Shown here: in pieces, positions 49,487 through 58,474 of the stretch | Layout: every line of letters starts with the position of its first letter | How positions within the stretch are numbered: the stretch's first letter is position 1 | Translations under genes and position numbers: made by a program | DNA from: Nitrospirota bacterium | GTDB taxonomy: Bacteria; Nitrospirota; UBA9217 | Assembly: GCA_035623825.1 (NCBI GenBank) | Contig: DASPSR010000022.1 | Coordinates: 151,858 to 215,857 of the forward strand | Reading direction: 5' to 3' | DNA: 64,000 nt | Notes under the pieces: generated by a model | Seen by the model: the letters and a program-made list of their open reading frames with translations, nothing else | What the model was told of the DNA's origin: nothing | The model's database searches: none

Positions 49487-50188
49487 TTAACCTTTAAGAA
49501 AATACGTTGCAAGGAAGACAAGGATGTCTTGGCCGAGAAGAAGGTACAGTATAGAGACTATGATAGGCCAAATAATCGTTCCAAGTATTCTAAAAGATAA
49601 TAATGCAATTAGGATAAAAATGCCGTAAGGTTCAAGTCGGTAGTACAGTGCAGCTTGCTTATCGGGCAAGAGCCAGTAAAGGATTCTACTTCCATCAAGA
49701 GGCGGAATAGGAATCATATTAAATATCGCAAGGATAATATTAATGACGGCACCGACGCCAATCATTAGTGCAACGGGGAGAGCAACCGGTTTCCATATTG
49801 CAATTGGAACAATACCTTCCACGATGGGGATGATGATCCTTAAAAGGAAAGCAAACAATATAGCCATGAGAATATTTACGCTTGGACCTGCTAGTGAAGA
49901 AAGCGCCATATCTCGCTTAGGATTCTTAAAGTTATATGGATTAATCGGCACGGGTTTTGCGCCACCAACTACAAATCCTGTCGTAAAATAGAGTAAAAGA
50001 GGCATTATGATGGTCCAGACCAAGTCGATGTGTGGGATAGGATTGAGGGTAAGTCTTCCAGCATTACGAGCTGTAGAATCGCCGAGTTTCTCCGCTATCC
50101 AGCCGTGCATTACTTCATGAAGAATCACGGAAAAAACGAATGGCGGAGCAATAACCGCGAATTTCTGTATTGTGTTGAGATTTTCCAT
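49487..50188 (-). CDS. Site-2 protease (M50) family protein
   Basis: HEVMH, LTLNPIPHID, AGP, FNMIPIPPLDG; noticeably AT-rich. Confidence 0.92.
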   Translation of the reverse strand: MENLNTIQKFAVIAPPFVFSVILHEVMHGWIAEKLGDSTARNAGRLTLNPIPHIDLVWTIIMPLLLYFTTGFVVGGAKPVPINPYNFKNPKRDMALSSLAGPSVNILMAILFAFLLRIIIPIVEGIVPIAIWKPVALPVALMIGVGAVINIILAIFNMIPIPPLDGSRILYWLLPDKQAALYYRLEPYGIFILIALLSFRILGTIIWPIIVSILYLLLGQDILVFLATYFLKG

Positions 50189-50348
50189 AAGAAGTTGCTA
50201 TTGAAAATCGAAGTCCCAAGTCGGAAAATGCAGGTGAATATCTAAATTTAGATTTAAGAAGCAGTTATAAGAGCCGTTATTTTTGTGAAATTTGATACTA
50301 AGGGAAAATCAAGGGTGTGTCAAGGAAAAATAAAATAAGGCATGAGAG

Positions 50349-52274
50349 CTAATTCATGCTGCTCGTCAGGACAAATCTGCCGTTTTCGACCTTGATGAGA
50401 TACAGCTTTTTATGCGCCTCGGTGCTTCCCTCGAATGTGGTGGCTCCGGTTATGCCGGGATAGTCTTTCAGCGCCTGGAGGCCGTCCCTTATTGCCAGAG
50501 GGGTGTTTCTGCGCTGCTTCAGGAGCGAAAAGATCATCATGGCGGCATCATAGGCCTGCGCGGAGAGGATATCTGGCTCTTCCTGGTAAGCAGAGCGGTA
50601 AGTGTCGACGAAGGACCTGACCGCCTGGTCGGTGCTTTCCGGGAAGAATCCGTCGACAAAGACCGCCCCGTCGGCATACCGTCCTGCCCGCTCGATCAGG
50701 TCAGGGGAGTGCCAGTTGTCCGAACCGATCATTGTTTTTCCGGTAATGTTGTAGAACGCGAGTTGGGGGATGAGCAGCCCGACCCGCTCGGCGTATCCGG
50801 GGAGATAGAGCGCGTCAAAGCTCGGGGCGTATTCGAGGAACAGCTTCTTCCTCTCCGCATCATCGTCGGGAATGGGTATCTTGCGGGAACGGAGGTCGAT
50901 CTCGATAACTTTCCGTATGTACGGACCGAAGTCCTTGGTCTCCGGAGGGTAAGCTATCGTGGCGAGAATCTCGGCCTTCCGCTCCAGTTCATTGGCGAAG
51001 AGGTGCGAAAGATCCCTGCCGTAGGGTTCGTCGGGATACATGATGACGAACTTCTTCAGCTTGAGGTTGAGCGCATATTGCGTGGCCGTTTGCGCCTGAC
51101 TGTCAATCGTAAGGGCATTCCTGAATATCCACGGGCTCTTTACCATGAATCCCGCGCGCGATGCAGCTGGCCTCATCACGGGGATCTTAAGTTTTTCGAG
51201 TACGGGCACAAGCGCTTCTTCATCTCTGGTGGTCACGGGGCCGATGGCGGCTACAATGCCCTGTGAAGCGAGCTCGCCCATTGCGACGGCGGCCTTCTCC
51301 GGAGAACCCTCGGTGTCCTTCACGAGCAGTTCCACGCGGTTGTCGGGATCCTGAAGATTATAGATGTGAACGGCGAGTTGAATTCCTTTGAGTACGCGGT
51401 CCCCGAAAAAGGCGAGTTGGCCGGACTGGGGCACGAGCGCCCCGATGGTGTACCGGGGCGCGGAAAGCCTAGAGGTGGCCTCGTTCAAGATCATTTCTGC
51501 CCGCGTTTTTTCCGGGTGATTGGGAAAGCGATCGAGAAAGCCTTTGCTGATCTTGATGGCTTCGTTGTAGCTCTTCTGCTCAATCAGGAGGCTGCCGTAC
51601 CGAAGCGTGGCGATGTCGGCGGGATAAGCTGTCCCGCCGGCAAGGCTTTTAAGCTCATCTTCGGAAAGGTTTTTATCGACGATCTCCCGGACACGGTCCC
51701 GGTAGCCGGCCTTTTGTTTGTCATTCTGGGCGGTTTCGGCGAGATAGGCGTATTCCTTGACCGCCTGGAGGTAGTTCTTTTTGGCCAAGTACGAGGCGGA
51801 GAGCATCTCCGAAATTCGCCTGAGCCGCGCCGCATCGGTAATTTTGCCCCGGTCCTCCAGGTTGGAAATGGCCAGATCATACTCTTTAAGCTCGAAGTAG
51901 CACAGACCGAGCTTATATTTTGATTCGACAATAAAAGTTGAGGCTGGAAATCTCTCGATGAGATCCTTATAGTAGCTGAGCGCCTGACGATAGTCACGCC
52001 CGGCCAGGCGAATTTCTCCCATGAGGAAGAGAGCATGGTCTGTTTGCCTGCTCTTAGGGTACAGGGCGAAGAATTCATCTAGGGTTTTTGAGGCCCGGTC
52101 GTACTCTCTCCTGGCAAAAAGTCCATCTGCATGGTCAAGCAGCAGGCGTGCGTCGTTTTCCCACTCGGGCTCGGGTGGGAGCTTGGGGGCGCAGCCTGCA
52201 GGCAGGAGCACGGCCAGACATGCAAGTACGGTTAGGATAACGGTTGCTGAGGACAGCACACGCCTGAGGGGCAT
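50349..52274 (-). CDS. TPR plus periplasmic-binding-protein lipoprotein (LpoA/penicillin-binding protein activator-like)
   Basis: Lipobox PAGC, BamD-like TPRs, IGALVPQSG, AIGP, AQAYDA, YPGITG. Confidence 0.8.
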   Translation of the reverse strand: MPLRRVLSSATVILTVLACLAVLLPAGCAPKLPPEPEWENDARLLLDHADGLFARREYDRASKTLDEFFALYPKSRQTDHALFLMGEIRLAGRDYRQALSYYKDLIERFPASTFIVESKYKLGLCYFELKEYDLAISNLEDRGKITDAARLRRISEMLSASYLAKKNYLQAVKEYAYLAETAQNDKQKAGYRDRVREIVDKNLSEDELKSLAGGTAYPADIATLRYGSLLIEQKSYNEAIKISKGFLDRFPNHPEKTRAEMILNEATSRLSAPRYTIGALVPQSGQLAFFGDRVLKGIQLAVHIYNLQDPDNRVELLVKDTEGSPEKAAVAMGELASQGIVAAIGPVTTRDEEALVPVLEKLKIPVMRPAASRAGFMVKSPWIFRNALTIDSQAQTATQYALNLKLKKFVIMYPDEPYGRDLSHLFANELERKAEILATIAYPPETKDFGPYIRKVIEIDLRSRKIPIPDDDAERKKLFLEYAPSFDALYLPGYAERVGLLIPQLAFYNITGKTMIGSDNWHSPDLIERAGRYADGAVFVDGFFPESTDQAVRSFVDTYRSAYQEEPDILSAQAYDAAMMIFSLLKQRRNTPLAIRDGLQALKDYPGITGATTFEGSTEAHKKLYLIKVENGRFVLTSSMN

Positions 52275-52277
52275 CCG

Positions 52278-52388
52278 TTATTTCCCTTTCTTGGTAGCAG
52301 CTTCGGCCCTGGCTGCTTTTCGCTTTGACTTCAGGGTCTCTTCTTTCCGTTTGCGCCTGCGGCGCAGTTCACGCTGTCTCTCACGCAC
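52278..52388 (-). CDS. Small basic protein (36 aa, DUF6800-like)
   Basis: GTG start after GAAAGGAGAG; MRERQRELRRRRKRKEETLKSKRKAARAEAATKKGK*; promoter TTGACA-17-TATAGT at 52438-52466; stop 3 nt before the next gene. Confidence 0.65.
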   Translation of the reverse strand: MRERQRELRRRRKRKEETLKSKRKAARAEAATKKGK

Positions 52389-52614
52389 GGGAAGGTCTCT
52401 CCTTTCAAAGTGGTCCGGCTTATGTTTCAGACTGCATACTATATCTAAGATGGACTAATTTGTCAATAATATAGAAGGCTAAAGGCAATGGAGAAGGCAG
52501 GTGTATCTGGTCAGGAAGTGAATGCGCTTTTTCGTCCTTCTTCTGGAGTCCGCTCTGATTTTTTTCTTGATTTATTTCATCCGATAGATTAGATTATAGC
52601 CGCGTTTACGGCAG

Positions 52615-52690
52615 GGGCGAGTAGCTCAGCTGGGAGAGCACCGCGTTCGCAATGCGGGGGTCGAGGGTTCGAATCCCTTCTCGTCCACCA
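52615..52690 (+). tRNA. tRNA-Ala (anticodon CGC)
   Basis: 76 nt cloverleaf, acceptor GGGCGAG/CTCGTCC with G3.U70, anticodon loop TTCGCAA, GGTTCGAATCC T-arm, encoded CCA. Confidence 0.97.
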
Positions 52691-53116
52691 TTCAGTTTTC
52701 TTTCCTTTCAAACAGATAAATCCCAAAAACAATCCATTTTTTTACACGGTTGGTACACGAAAAGGTGCCCTCGCAAATGCGAGGGCCTTCTTGTCTTGCG
52801 GAACCAAAAAGGTTACAGTCAAAAACAGTAGAGAGGATACAAGAATGAGGCCCATGGCAACGAGGGCTTCTCAAAATACCTCTCTGCCGAATTTGTGGTA
52901 GCGAACTTTGCCATTTCAATGGCTCGATCATGCTGACGATGTAACTAGTAGGCCCCCGGGAAACCGGGGGCATTAATAGGGCGGTTTATTTAGACAGCTT
53001 GAAGGCAGGAGGGATATATGAAAAAAATCCGCTTTTAAAGTTAGCAGTCACGAACAAATAATCCAGAGATCAACTTATTTTTTTTACAGATAACCGGCGC
53101 CGTAGCCATCGGGGTC

Positions 53117-53170
53117 AAAAAGTAAGGCCCTAAAACTCGTTCAAGTGGGCGAGAACAAGTATTTAGGGCC
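53117..53170 (-). terminator. Long intrinsic terminator hairpin inside the island relic
   Basis: GGCCCTAAATACTTGTTC...GAACGAGTTTTAGGGCC-TTACTTTTT. Confidence 0.6.
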
Positions 53171-53182
53171 ATAGCGATATAT

Positions 53183-53254
53183 GGGGCGCGGAATGGTTCC
53201 CTTTTAGGGTGCCCTTAAAAGAATCTTTGAGGGGCTTGATACTCCGGCGCTCCA
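53183..53254. ncRNA. Putative tRNA-like structured RNA (strand uncertain)
   Basis: 72-nt cloverleaf-like fold: GGGGCGC/GCGCTCC-A stem, GGAA-TGG-TTCC, CTTTTAGGG-TGC-CCTTAAAAG, GGGG-CTTGATA-CTCC. Confidence 0.45.
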
Positions 53255-53273
53255 GTTACACATCTTTTATTTG

Positions 53274-53302
53274 ATAATACCAAAAAAACATGATTTAGTC
53301 AA
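53274..53302 (-). promoter_or_regulatory. sigma70 promoter reading into the structured RNA and terminator
   Basis: TTGACT-17 nt-(TG)TATTAT. Confidence 0.6.
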
Positions 53303-53540
53303 GGTTTTTCGCACAGGAGGGTCTTGGTACGCAAGGGGTGTGCAAATCGAAAATAGCAGAAATTAAACCATTGAAATAATTGGGCAATAAGTCTAAGAGT
53401 CGAGGGGTCGAATCCGTTCTCGTCCATTAAGTCATTTCCCCTGGCTGAGACAACCAGTTTCTCCCGCAGTCTCAGCGCGACGCCGTCCGGCGTGAAAGCC
53501 GGAGTGTTGAGAGTGCTGGCAGCCCCCGTATTTTTGGATA

Positions 53541-53569
53541 TTGACAGTAATCGACATCCACGTTACAAT
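53541..53569 (+). promoter_or_regulatory. sigma70 promoter upstream of the sensor kinase
   Basis: TTGACA-17 nt-TACAAT. Confidence 0.65.
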
Positions 53570-53630
53570 ATCGGAGCGATTCTATCGACTTATATCAAGG
53601 AATATTCGACAAAAATCCACCAGACATGAG

Positions 53631-53825
53631 AAACAGCTTGATGATATCGTTCGAAATGTGCTCCATGCAGCGCTTCTGGCCATGCCGAAAGACGCGGCAG
53701 GCGCCGAGAAGTAGAAAGACCCCGGGGTGCGTCTGTTCACGTGAGCAGAGGCAGTGTTTTCATACCCGGACATGAGCATGCCGGGCGTTCTGCCTGGAGT
53801 TTCATGCCGAAACACGCCCATTTAA
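53631..53825 (+). pseudogene. Decayed C-terminal fragment of a PhnD-like substrate-binding protein
   Basis: KQLDDIVRNVLHAALLAMPKDAAGAEK*KDPGVRLFT*AEAVFSY resembles phosphate/phosphonate-binding protein C-termini; two in-frame stops; ends 1 nt before the kinase ATG. Confidence 0.45.
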
Positions 53826-53826
53826 G

Positions 53827-55665
53827 ATGAAGAAGAAGATCATCATAGTCCTGAGCATTGTTTCCGTGCTCTTGCTCCTCGGCGGCATCTTTCTCATCAG
53901 GGCAATCGATGCCAACGCATCGAAGTTCGATGAGATAATCATGTTCCACGGGGTTGAGAACCTGAGAGAAAACCTCCTGCTGAGTATCCGCGATGTAGAA
54001 GCAGACCTGTATTCGCAAAGCACACGACAATCAGAGAGCGCAGAAGCGGTCGAGAGCCACGTCATAGTAATGGGGGACAGGATAAACACCTGTTTTAATT
54101 GTCACCATGTGGAGAGCGTGCTGGAGCGGCTCCACGATCTGCGTCATCAGATCGACCAGTACGGTGATGCAGTAAACAAGGTGTTGACCCTCAAGGGGAG
54201 TGCCGGCCAGTTTCAGGCGGAACAGGAGAGGGCCCATCTCATCGGGGATTCGCTCATCAATAAAGTCAATACCATGATCGTCATGACCAGCAGGAGGCTC
54301 GCCGAACAGACTGAAGACGCCAGAGAACAGGTCCACCGTACAAGGATATTCCTGATCATGCTTGTTGCCACCGGTCCGCTGCTTGTAGCTGTATTGGCCT
54401 TTACAGTGGTGCGGGGCGTCACGGGGCCGATCAATGTTCTGCTCGATGCGACGAGAAAATTGAAAACAGGCAATCTGGAGCACCGTATAGAGGGGCTGCG
54501 GGATGAGTTCGGCGAGCTGGCTGTCGGATTTAATACAATGGCAAGCTCGTTGAAGGAACAGGTGCAAAAAATAGAGGAAAGCGAGAAGCGTTACCGTCTT
54601 TTGTTCGAAAGCGCGGGAGATGCTATTTTCATTCTGGATGCCGAAGGGGATCGGCAGGGGAACATCGTTGCTGCCAATCAGGCCGCGGTAGCGATGCATG
54701 GCTATTCCCATGACGAACTGCTGAAATTAAATATACGAGACATTGATACCGCCGAAGAAGCTGCAAAAGTTGCTGATCGGTTTCGGCGAATATTCGCCGG
54801 AGAATGGATCAAGGCGGAGATCAACCATATCAGGAAAGACGGCACGGTATTCCCTCTTGAAGTAAACGCCGGGCTGCTCGAATTTGGCAACCACCGCTAT
54901 ATTCTAGCCATCGATCGTGACATCACTGAGCGGAAACAGGCTGAAGAAACGCTTCAACGAACTGAACAGCTCAAGGTGGCAGGAGAGCTGGCAACGGGAC
55001 TCGCGCACGAGATCAAGAACCCCCTTGCCGGCATCAAGGCATCGATCGAGGTCCTCTCCACGGTACCGTATCTGCCGGAAGACGACAAGGGGATTCTCAT
55101 GCAAGTGATCGGAGAGATCAAGCGGATAGAATCTTTGATAAAGGGTCTCCTCAATTTTGCCAGGCCGTCCCGGCCCCGGTTCGACGATACGGATGTGAAT
55201 GCCGTCCTCGACGCAGTCGCATACCTGGTGCTGCAAAGCCCGTCTCGCGTGCCGGGAATGCTGCGGGGGATCACGATCGTGAAGGATTTCGACCGCAACC
55301 TTCCGGTAATCACGGCCGATCCTATGCAGCTGAAGCAGGTATTCATGAACCTGCTCCTGAATGCCGTTGACGCCATGCAGGACGGCGGCATCTTGATCAT
55401 GAAAACCCGGTTCGACACGGCAACTCAGGCCGTATGGGTGGAAATATCCAATACCGGCAGGGAACTGGACGCAGCGGTGATCGACAAGATCTTCCAGCCC
55501 TTCTTCACGACAAAACCGAAGGGAACTGGGTTGGGACTGGCGATATCGAAACGGCTGGTCGAGGAACACGGAGGAAGAATCGGCGTTGCACGGAACCCGG
55601 GCGGAGGCGCCATATTTAACATAAGCCTGCCCGTAATCCAGTCCGAACGAGTGCACTCATTTTGA
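53827..55665 (+). CDS. Membrane sensor histidine kinase (periplasmic CxxCH, HAMP, PAS, HisKA, HATPase)
   Basis: Two TMs, CFNCH in the periplasmic loop, HAMP (DEFGELA..FN), PAS, LAHEIKNPL, QVFMNLLLNA, PFFTTK..GTGLGL. Confidence 0.93.
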   Translation: MKKKIIIVLSIVSVLLLLGGIFLIRAIDANASKFDEIIMFHGVENLRENLLLSIRDVEADLYSQSTRQSESAEAVESHVIVMGDRINTCFNCHHVESVLERLHDLRHQIDQYGDAVNKVLTLKGSAGQFQAEQERAHLIGDSLINKVNTMIVMTSRRLAEQTEDAREQVHRTRIFLIMLVATGPLLVAVLAFTVVRGVTGPINVLLDATRKLKTGNLEHRIEGLRDEFGELAVGFNTMASSLKEQVQKIEESEKRYRLLFESAGDAIFILDAEGDRQGNIVAANQAAVAMHGYSHDELLKLNIRDIDTAEEAAKVADRFRRIFAGEWIKAEINHIRKDGTVFPLEVNAGLLEFGNHRYILAIDRDITERKQAEETLQRTEQLKVAGELATGLAHEIKNPLAGIKASIEVLSTVPYLPEDDKGILMQVIGEIKRIESLIKGLLNFARPSRPRFDDTDVNAVLDAVAYLVLQSPSRVPGMLRGITIVKDFDRNLPVITADPMQLKQVFMNLLLNAVDAMQDGGILIMKTRFDTATQAVWVEISNTGRELDAAVIDKIFQPFFTTKPKGTGLGLAISKRLVEEHGGRIGVARNPGGGAIFNISLPVIQSERVHSF

Positions 55666-55753
55666 CGGGCTTGCGCCCGATTTCTTGCCCAATCAAGCTC
55701 AGAGGAAGAGAAAAAATTTTTCTCCCGGTTCCATCCGCTCAAGAGCTGTTTTC

Positions 55754-56404
55754 TCATGGATTCATCAGGGAAGCGTCTCCCGCGTTCCCTGCGTCGGACA
55801 CCAGAACTCTTCTACCCTCAATCTTCAGCCGTCCCTCAGAAAAAAGCTTGATTGCGCGCGAGTAGATCTTGTGTTCCTGTCTGAGGATACGTTCAGACAG
55901 GCTGTCTTCGGTATCGCTGTCCAGAATCGGCACGACAGCCTGGATGATGATCGGACCTGTGTCCATTCCTTCATCGACGAAGTGTACGGTGCAACCCGAG
56001 AACTTCGCCCCATGGGTTAGCGCTTTTTTCTGCACGTGGAGGCCGGGGAAGGCCGGCAGGAGAGAGGGGTGGATGTTCAGGACCCGGTTGGGAAAGGCCT
56101 TGATGAGCACGGGAGTTATGATTCGCATGAAACCTGCAAGACAGACGAGATCGACGTTCCGCTGCCGGAGTTCCTTTACGAGCAGGGCGTCATATTCCCC
56201 CCTCTTGTCCTTATAGCCCTTTGCGCTCACGTGGACAGCCGGGATGTTGTGCTCCCGTGCGCGCTCGAGTGCGAAGGCATCGGGCTGATCGCTGATTACG
56301 ACGGCGAGATCGGCGGGGAGTTCACCTTCTTCGATATTGTCTATGATGGCCTGAAGGTTCGAGCCACGACCGGATACGAGAACGGCGATTCGCACTTTCT
56401 TCAT
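55754..56404 (-). CDS. purN: Phosphoribosylglycinamide formyltransferase
   Basis: SGRGSNLQA, LAGFMRI, NIHPSLLPAF, GCTVHFV, DTGPII. Confidence 0.97.
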   Translation of the reverse strand: MKKVRIAVLVSGRGSNLQAIIDNIEEGELPADLAVVISDQPDAFALERAREHNIPAVHVSAKGYKDKRGEYDALLVKELRQRNVDLVCLAGFMRIITPVLIKAFPNRVLNIHPSLLPAFPGLHVQKKALTHGAKFSGCTVHFVDEGMDTGPIIIQAVVPILDSDTEDSLSERILRQEHKIYSRAIKLFSEGRLKIEGRRVLVSDAGNAGDASLMNP

Positions 56405-56452
56405 CGGGAAGACCTCACGTGCGTGTCCAGGATCAAGGCTGAGGATTAGGAA

Positions 56453-57514
56453 TCAAAGTGGCCGCAGACAATCGGACCGCCACTCTTGTCTTTCTTCGTA
56501 CTTCACGATCTGTTTGCCCTTGACTATTTCACCGATACAGTATGCTTTTTCACCGAGCCGGCCGGCTTTTTTCACGACGGCTTCGGCATGTTTCGCAGGC
56601 ACGACGAGGATCATCCCGATGCCCATGTTGAAGTCGCGATACATTTCCTTATCGTCCACGCCAGCCTTCTTCTGAAGCAGCTTGAAGACGGGGTGAATGT
56701 CCCAGGTCCCCTTGCCGATGAGGGCTTGAGCGCCTTTCGGGAGCATGCGCGGCGTATTCTCGGTGATCCCGCCGCCTGTTATGTGCGCCATTCCACGGAT
56801 GTCGAATTCCTTCAGCAGGGTCATTATCGTTTTCGCGTAGATTCGCGTGGGCGTGAGCAGCACCTCGCCAAGCGGTTTCCCGAGCTCAGGCAGTATGTCG
56901 TTCACCGTATAACCCGAAGCTTCGAGCAGGACTTTGCGTACGAGGGAGTATCCGTTGCTGTGCAGGCCCGAGGATGCAAGCCCTATGAGCTTGTCTCCGG
57001 GTTTTATCTTTGATCCGTCGATGATCTTCCTTTTCTCTACGATGCCTACGGCAAACCCTGCCAGATCATATTCGTCCTCGCCGTAGAATGACGGCATCTC
57101 GGCGGTCTCACCGCCGATGAGCGCGCAACCCGCCTGTTTGCAGCCTGTGGCGATGCCCTTGACGATGTCCGCATGCTCCAGAGGTTTCAATTTGCCTGTG
57201 GCGAGATAGTCGAGAAAGAATAGCGGCTCTGCACCCTGGACGATGATGTCATTCACGCACATAGCCACGAGGTCAATGCCAACGGAATCATGACGGCCAG
57301 TAAGGAATGCGATCTTGAGCTTCGTTCCCACGCCGTCAGTGCCGGATACGAGGACCGGGTCTTTATATTTTTTGAGTGCGAAAAGCCCGCCGAACCCGCC
57401 AATGTGCGTCATGACCTCGGGCCTGAAAGTAGATTTTACATACGGCTTTATCTTCTGGACGAAGAGGTCACCGGCGTCGATATCAACGCCTGCATCTTTG
57501 TAGGTTATGGACAT
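56453..57514 (-). CDS. purM: Phosphoribosylformylglycinamidine cyclo-ligase
   Basis: [45 protein letters not shown]. Confidence 0.97.
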   Translation of the reverse strand: MSITYKDAGVDIDAGDLFVQKIKPYVKSTFRPEVMTHIGGFGGLFALKKYKDPVLVSGTDGVGTKLKIAFLTGRHDSVGIDLVAMCVNDIIVQGAEPLFFLDYLATGKLKPLEHADIVKGIATGCKQAGCALIGGETAEMPSFYGEDEYDLAGFAVGIVEKRKIIDGSKIKPGDKLIGLASSGLHSNGYSLVRKVLLEASGYTVNDILPELGKPLGEVLLTPTRIYAKTIMTLLKEFDIRGMAHITGGGITENTPRMLPKGAQALIGKGTWDIHPVFKLLQKKAGVDDKEMYRDFNMGIGMILVVPAKHAEAVVKKAGRLGEKAYCIGEIVKGKQIVKYEERQEWRSDCLRPL

Positions 57515-57616
57515 ACCGTATCCCTCGGAAATTTTCCACGATAGTACCCGTAACACGGGGTGATGTCAATATGTTTGCCCGGCGCTGTACCCTGTGCCGT
57601 AACGAATGATGTGCGT

Positions 57617-58414
57617 TCATGCTGATGCCTGCACCAGTTGACGGAACGACGGGTGGTATGGCCCTTTCACGATAGCGCCCGGTTTTAAAAGCTCCTCGGT
57701 GGGCTGGAGGCCCACCCGTATGACCCTGATCCCGGATTGCTCGAATCTCCCCAGTGCTACCTTACACCACTTTACCGCCTCTTCGAGCGAGAGGGGGGCA
57801 TACTGGCCGGCATAAAATAACTCTTCGAGGGGCGTATCCCTGATGACAAGGGCGGGATAGATGCGGACGACGTCCGGCCTTAAATCCATTGTCCTGTCGA
57901 CGGTCGTGAAGAACCGTTCACGCGAATCCCCGGGAAGACCCGGCATAAGCTGGATGCCGATGGAAAAAGCACGTTTCCTGAGGAGGGCGACCGCATCAAC
58001 CGTATCGGCTGCAGTGTGGCCTCTGCCGGAGCGTGAAAGGACGTAATCATCCATGGATTGGGCCCCGAGTTCCACGGTCGACACCCGGTGATCCCTAAGA
58101 AGGGATAGGATCTCCTCGGTTATGCAGTCCGGCCGCGTCGAGACGCGGATGCTTTCAACCTTTCCCGCTTCGATGAACGGTTTGACGGCCGCGAGATACC
58201 TTCTCTGTATCTCAAGAGGGAGGGCGGTAAATGTTCCGCCGTAGAACGCGACCTGGACGGGCTTTTTCTTATTGTCGGTTTTCAGGTAATTGGCGATCTT
58301 TGCGGGAATCGATTCCGGGACCGGTGGATTATGCTCGCCCGTTATCCTTTTCTGGTTACAGAACACGCACTGGTGCGGGCAGCCTGCGTGAGGGATGAAA
58401 AAGGGGATGATCAT
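57617..58414 (-). CDS. Radical SAM protein (Elp3/YhcC-like)
   Basis: GCPHQCVFCNQ, FYGGTFT, STRPD, VELGAQS, QLMPGLPG. Confidence 0.9.
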   Translation of the reverse strand: MIIPFFIPHAGCPHQCVFCNQKRITGEHNPPVPESIPAKIANYLKTDNKKKPVQVAFYGGTFTALPLEIQRRYLAAVKPFIEAGKVESIRVSTRPDCITEEILSLLRDHRVSTVELGAQSMDDYVLSRSGRGHTAADTVDAVALLRKRAFSIGIQLMPGLPGDSRERFFTTVDRTMDLRPDVVRIYPALVIRDTPLEELFYAGQYAPLSLEEAVKWCKVALGRFEQSGIRVIRVGLQPTEELLKPGAIVKGPYHPSFRQLVQASA

Positions 58415-58474
58415 AAGTCGGAAGAAAGATGTCAGCTTGAAGACAGCAGACTTTGAGCGTTGAGCGAACGCTGA

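Larger units (their letters stand above)
52658..53426. mobile_element. Relic of an element integrated at tRNA-Ala (attL to attR, no integrase)
   Basis: The tRNA 3' 30-mer (52658-52687) recurs at 53397-53426 with 27/30 identity; AT-rich interior with hairpins and broken ORF starts. Confidence 0.75.

Noticed and set aside
53183-53254. Calling the cloverleaf a functional tRNA-Ala(TGC)
   Set aside because: It lacks U8/A14, a canonical anticodon loop, the TTCRA T-loop and CCA; kept only as a tRNA-like candidate.
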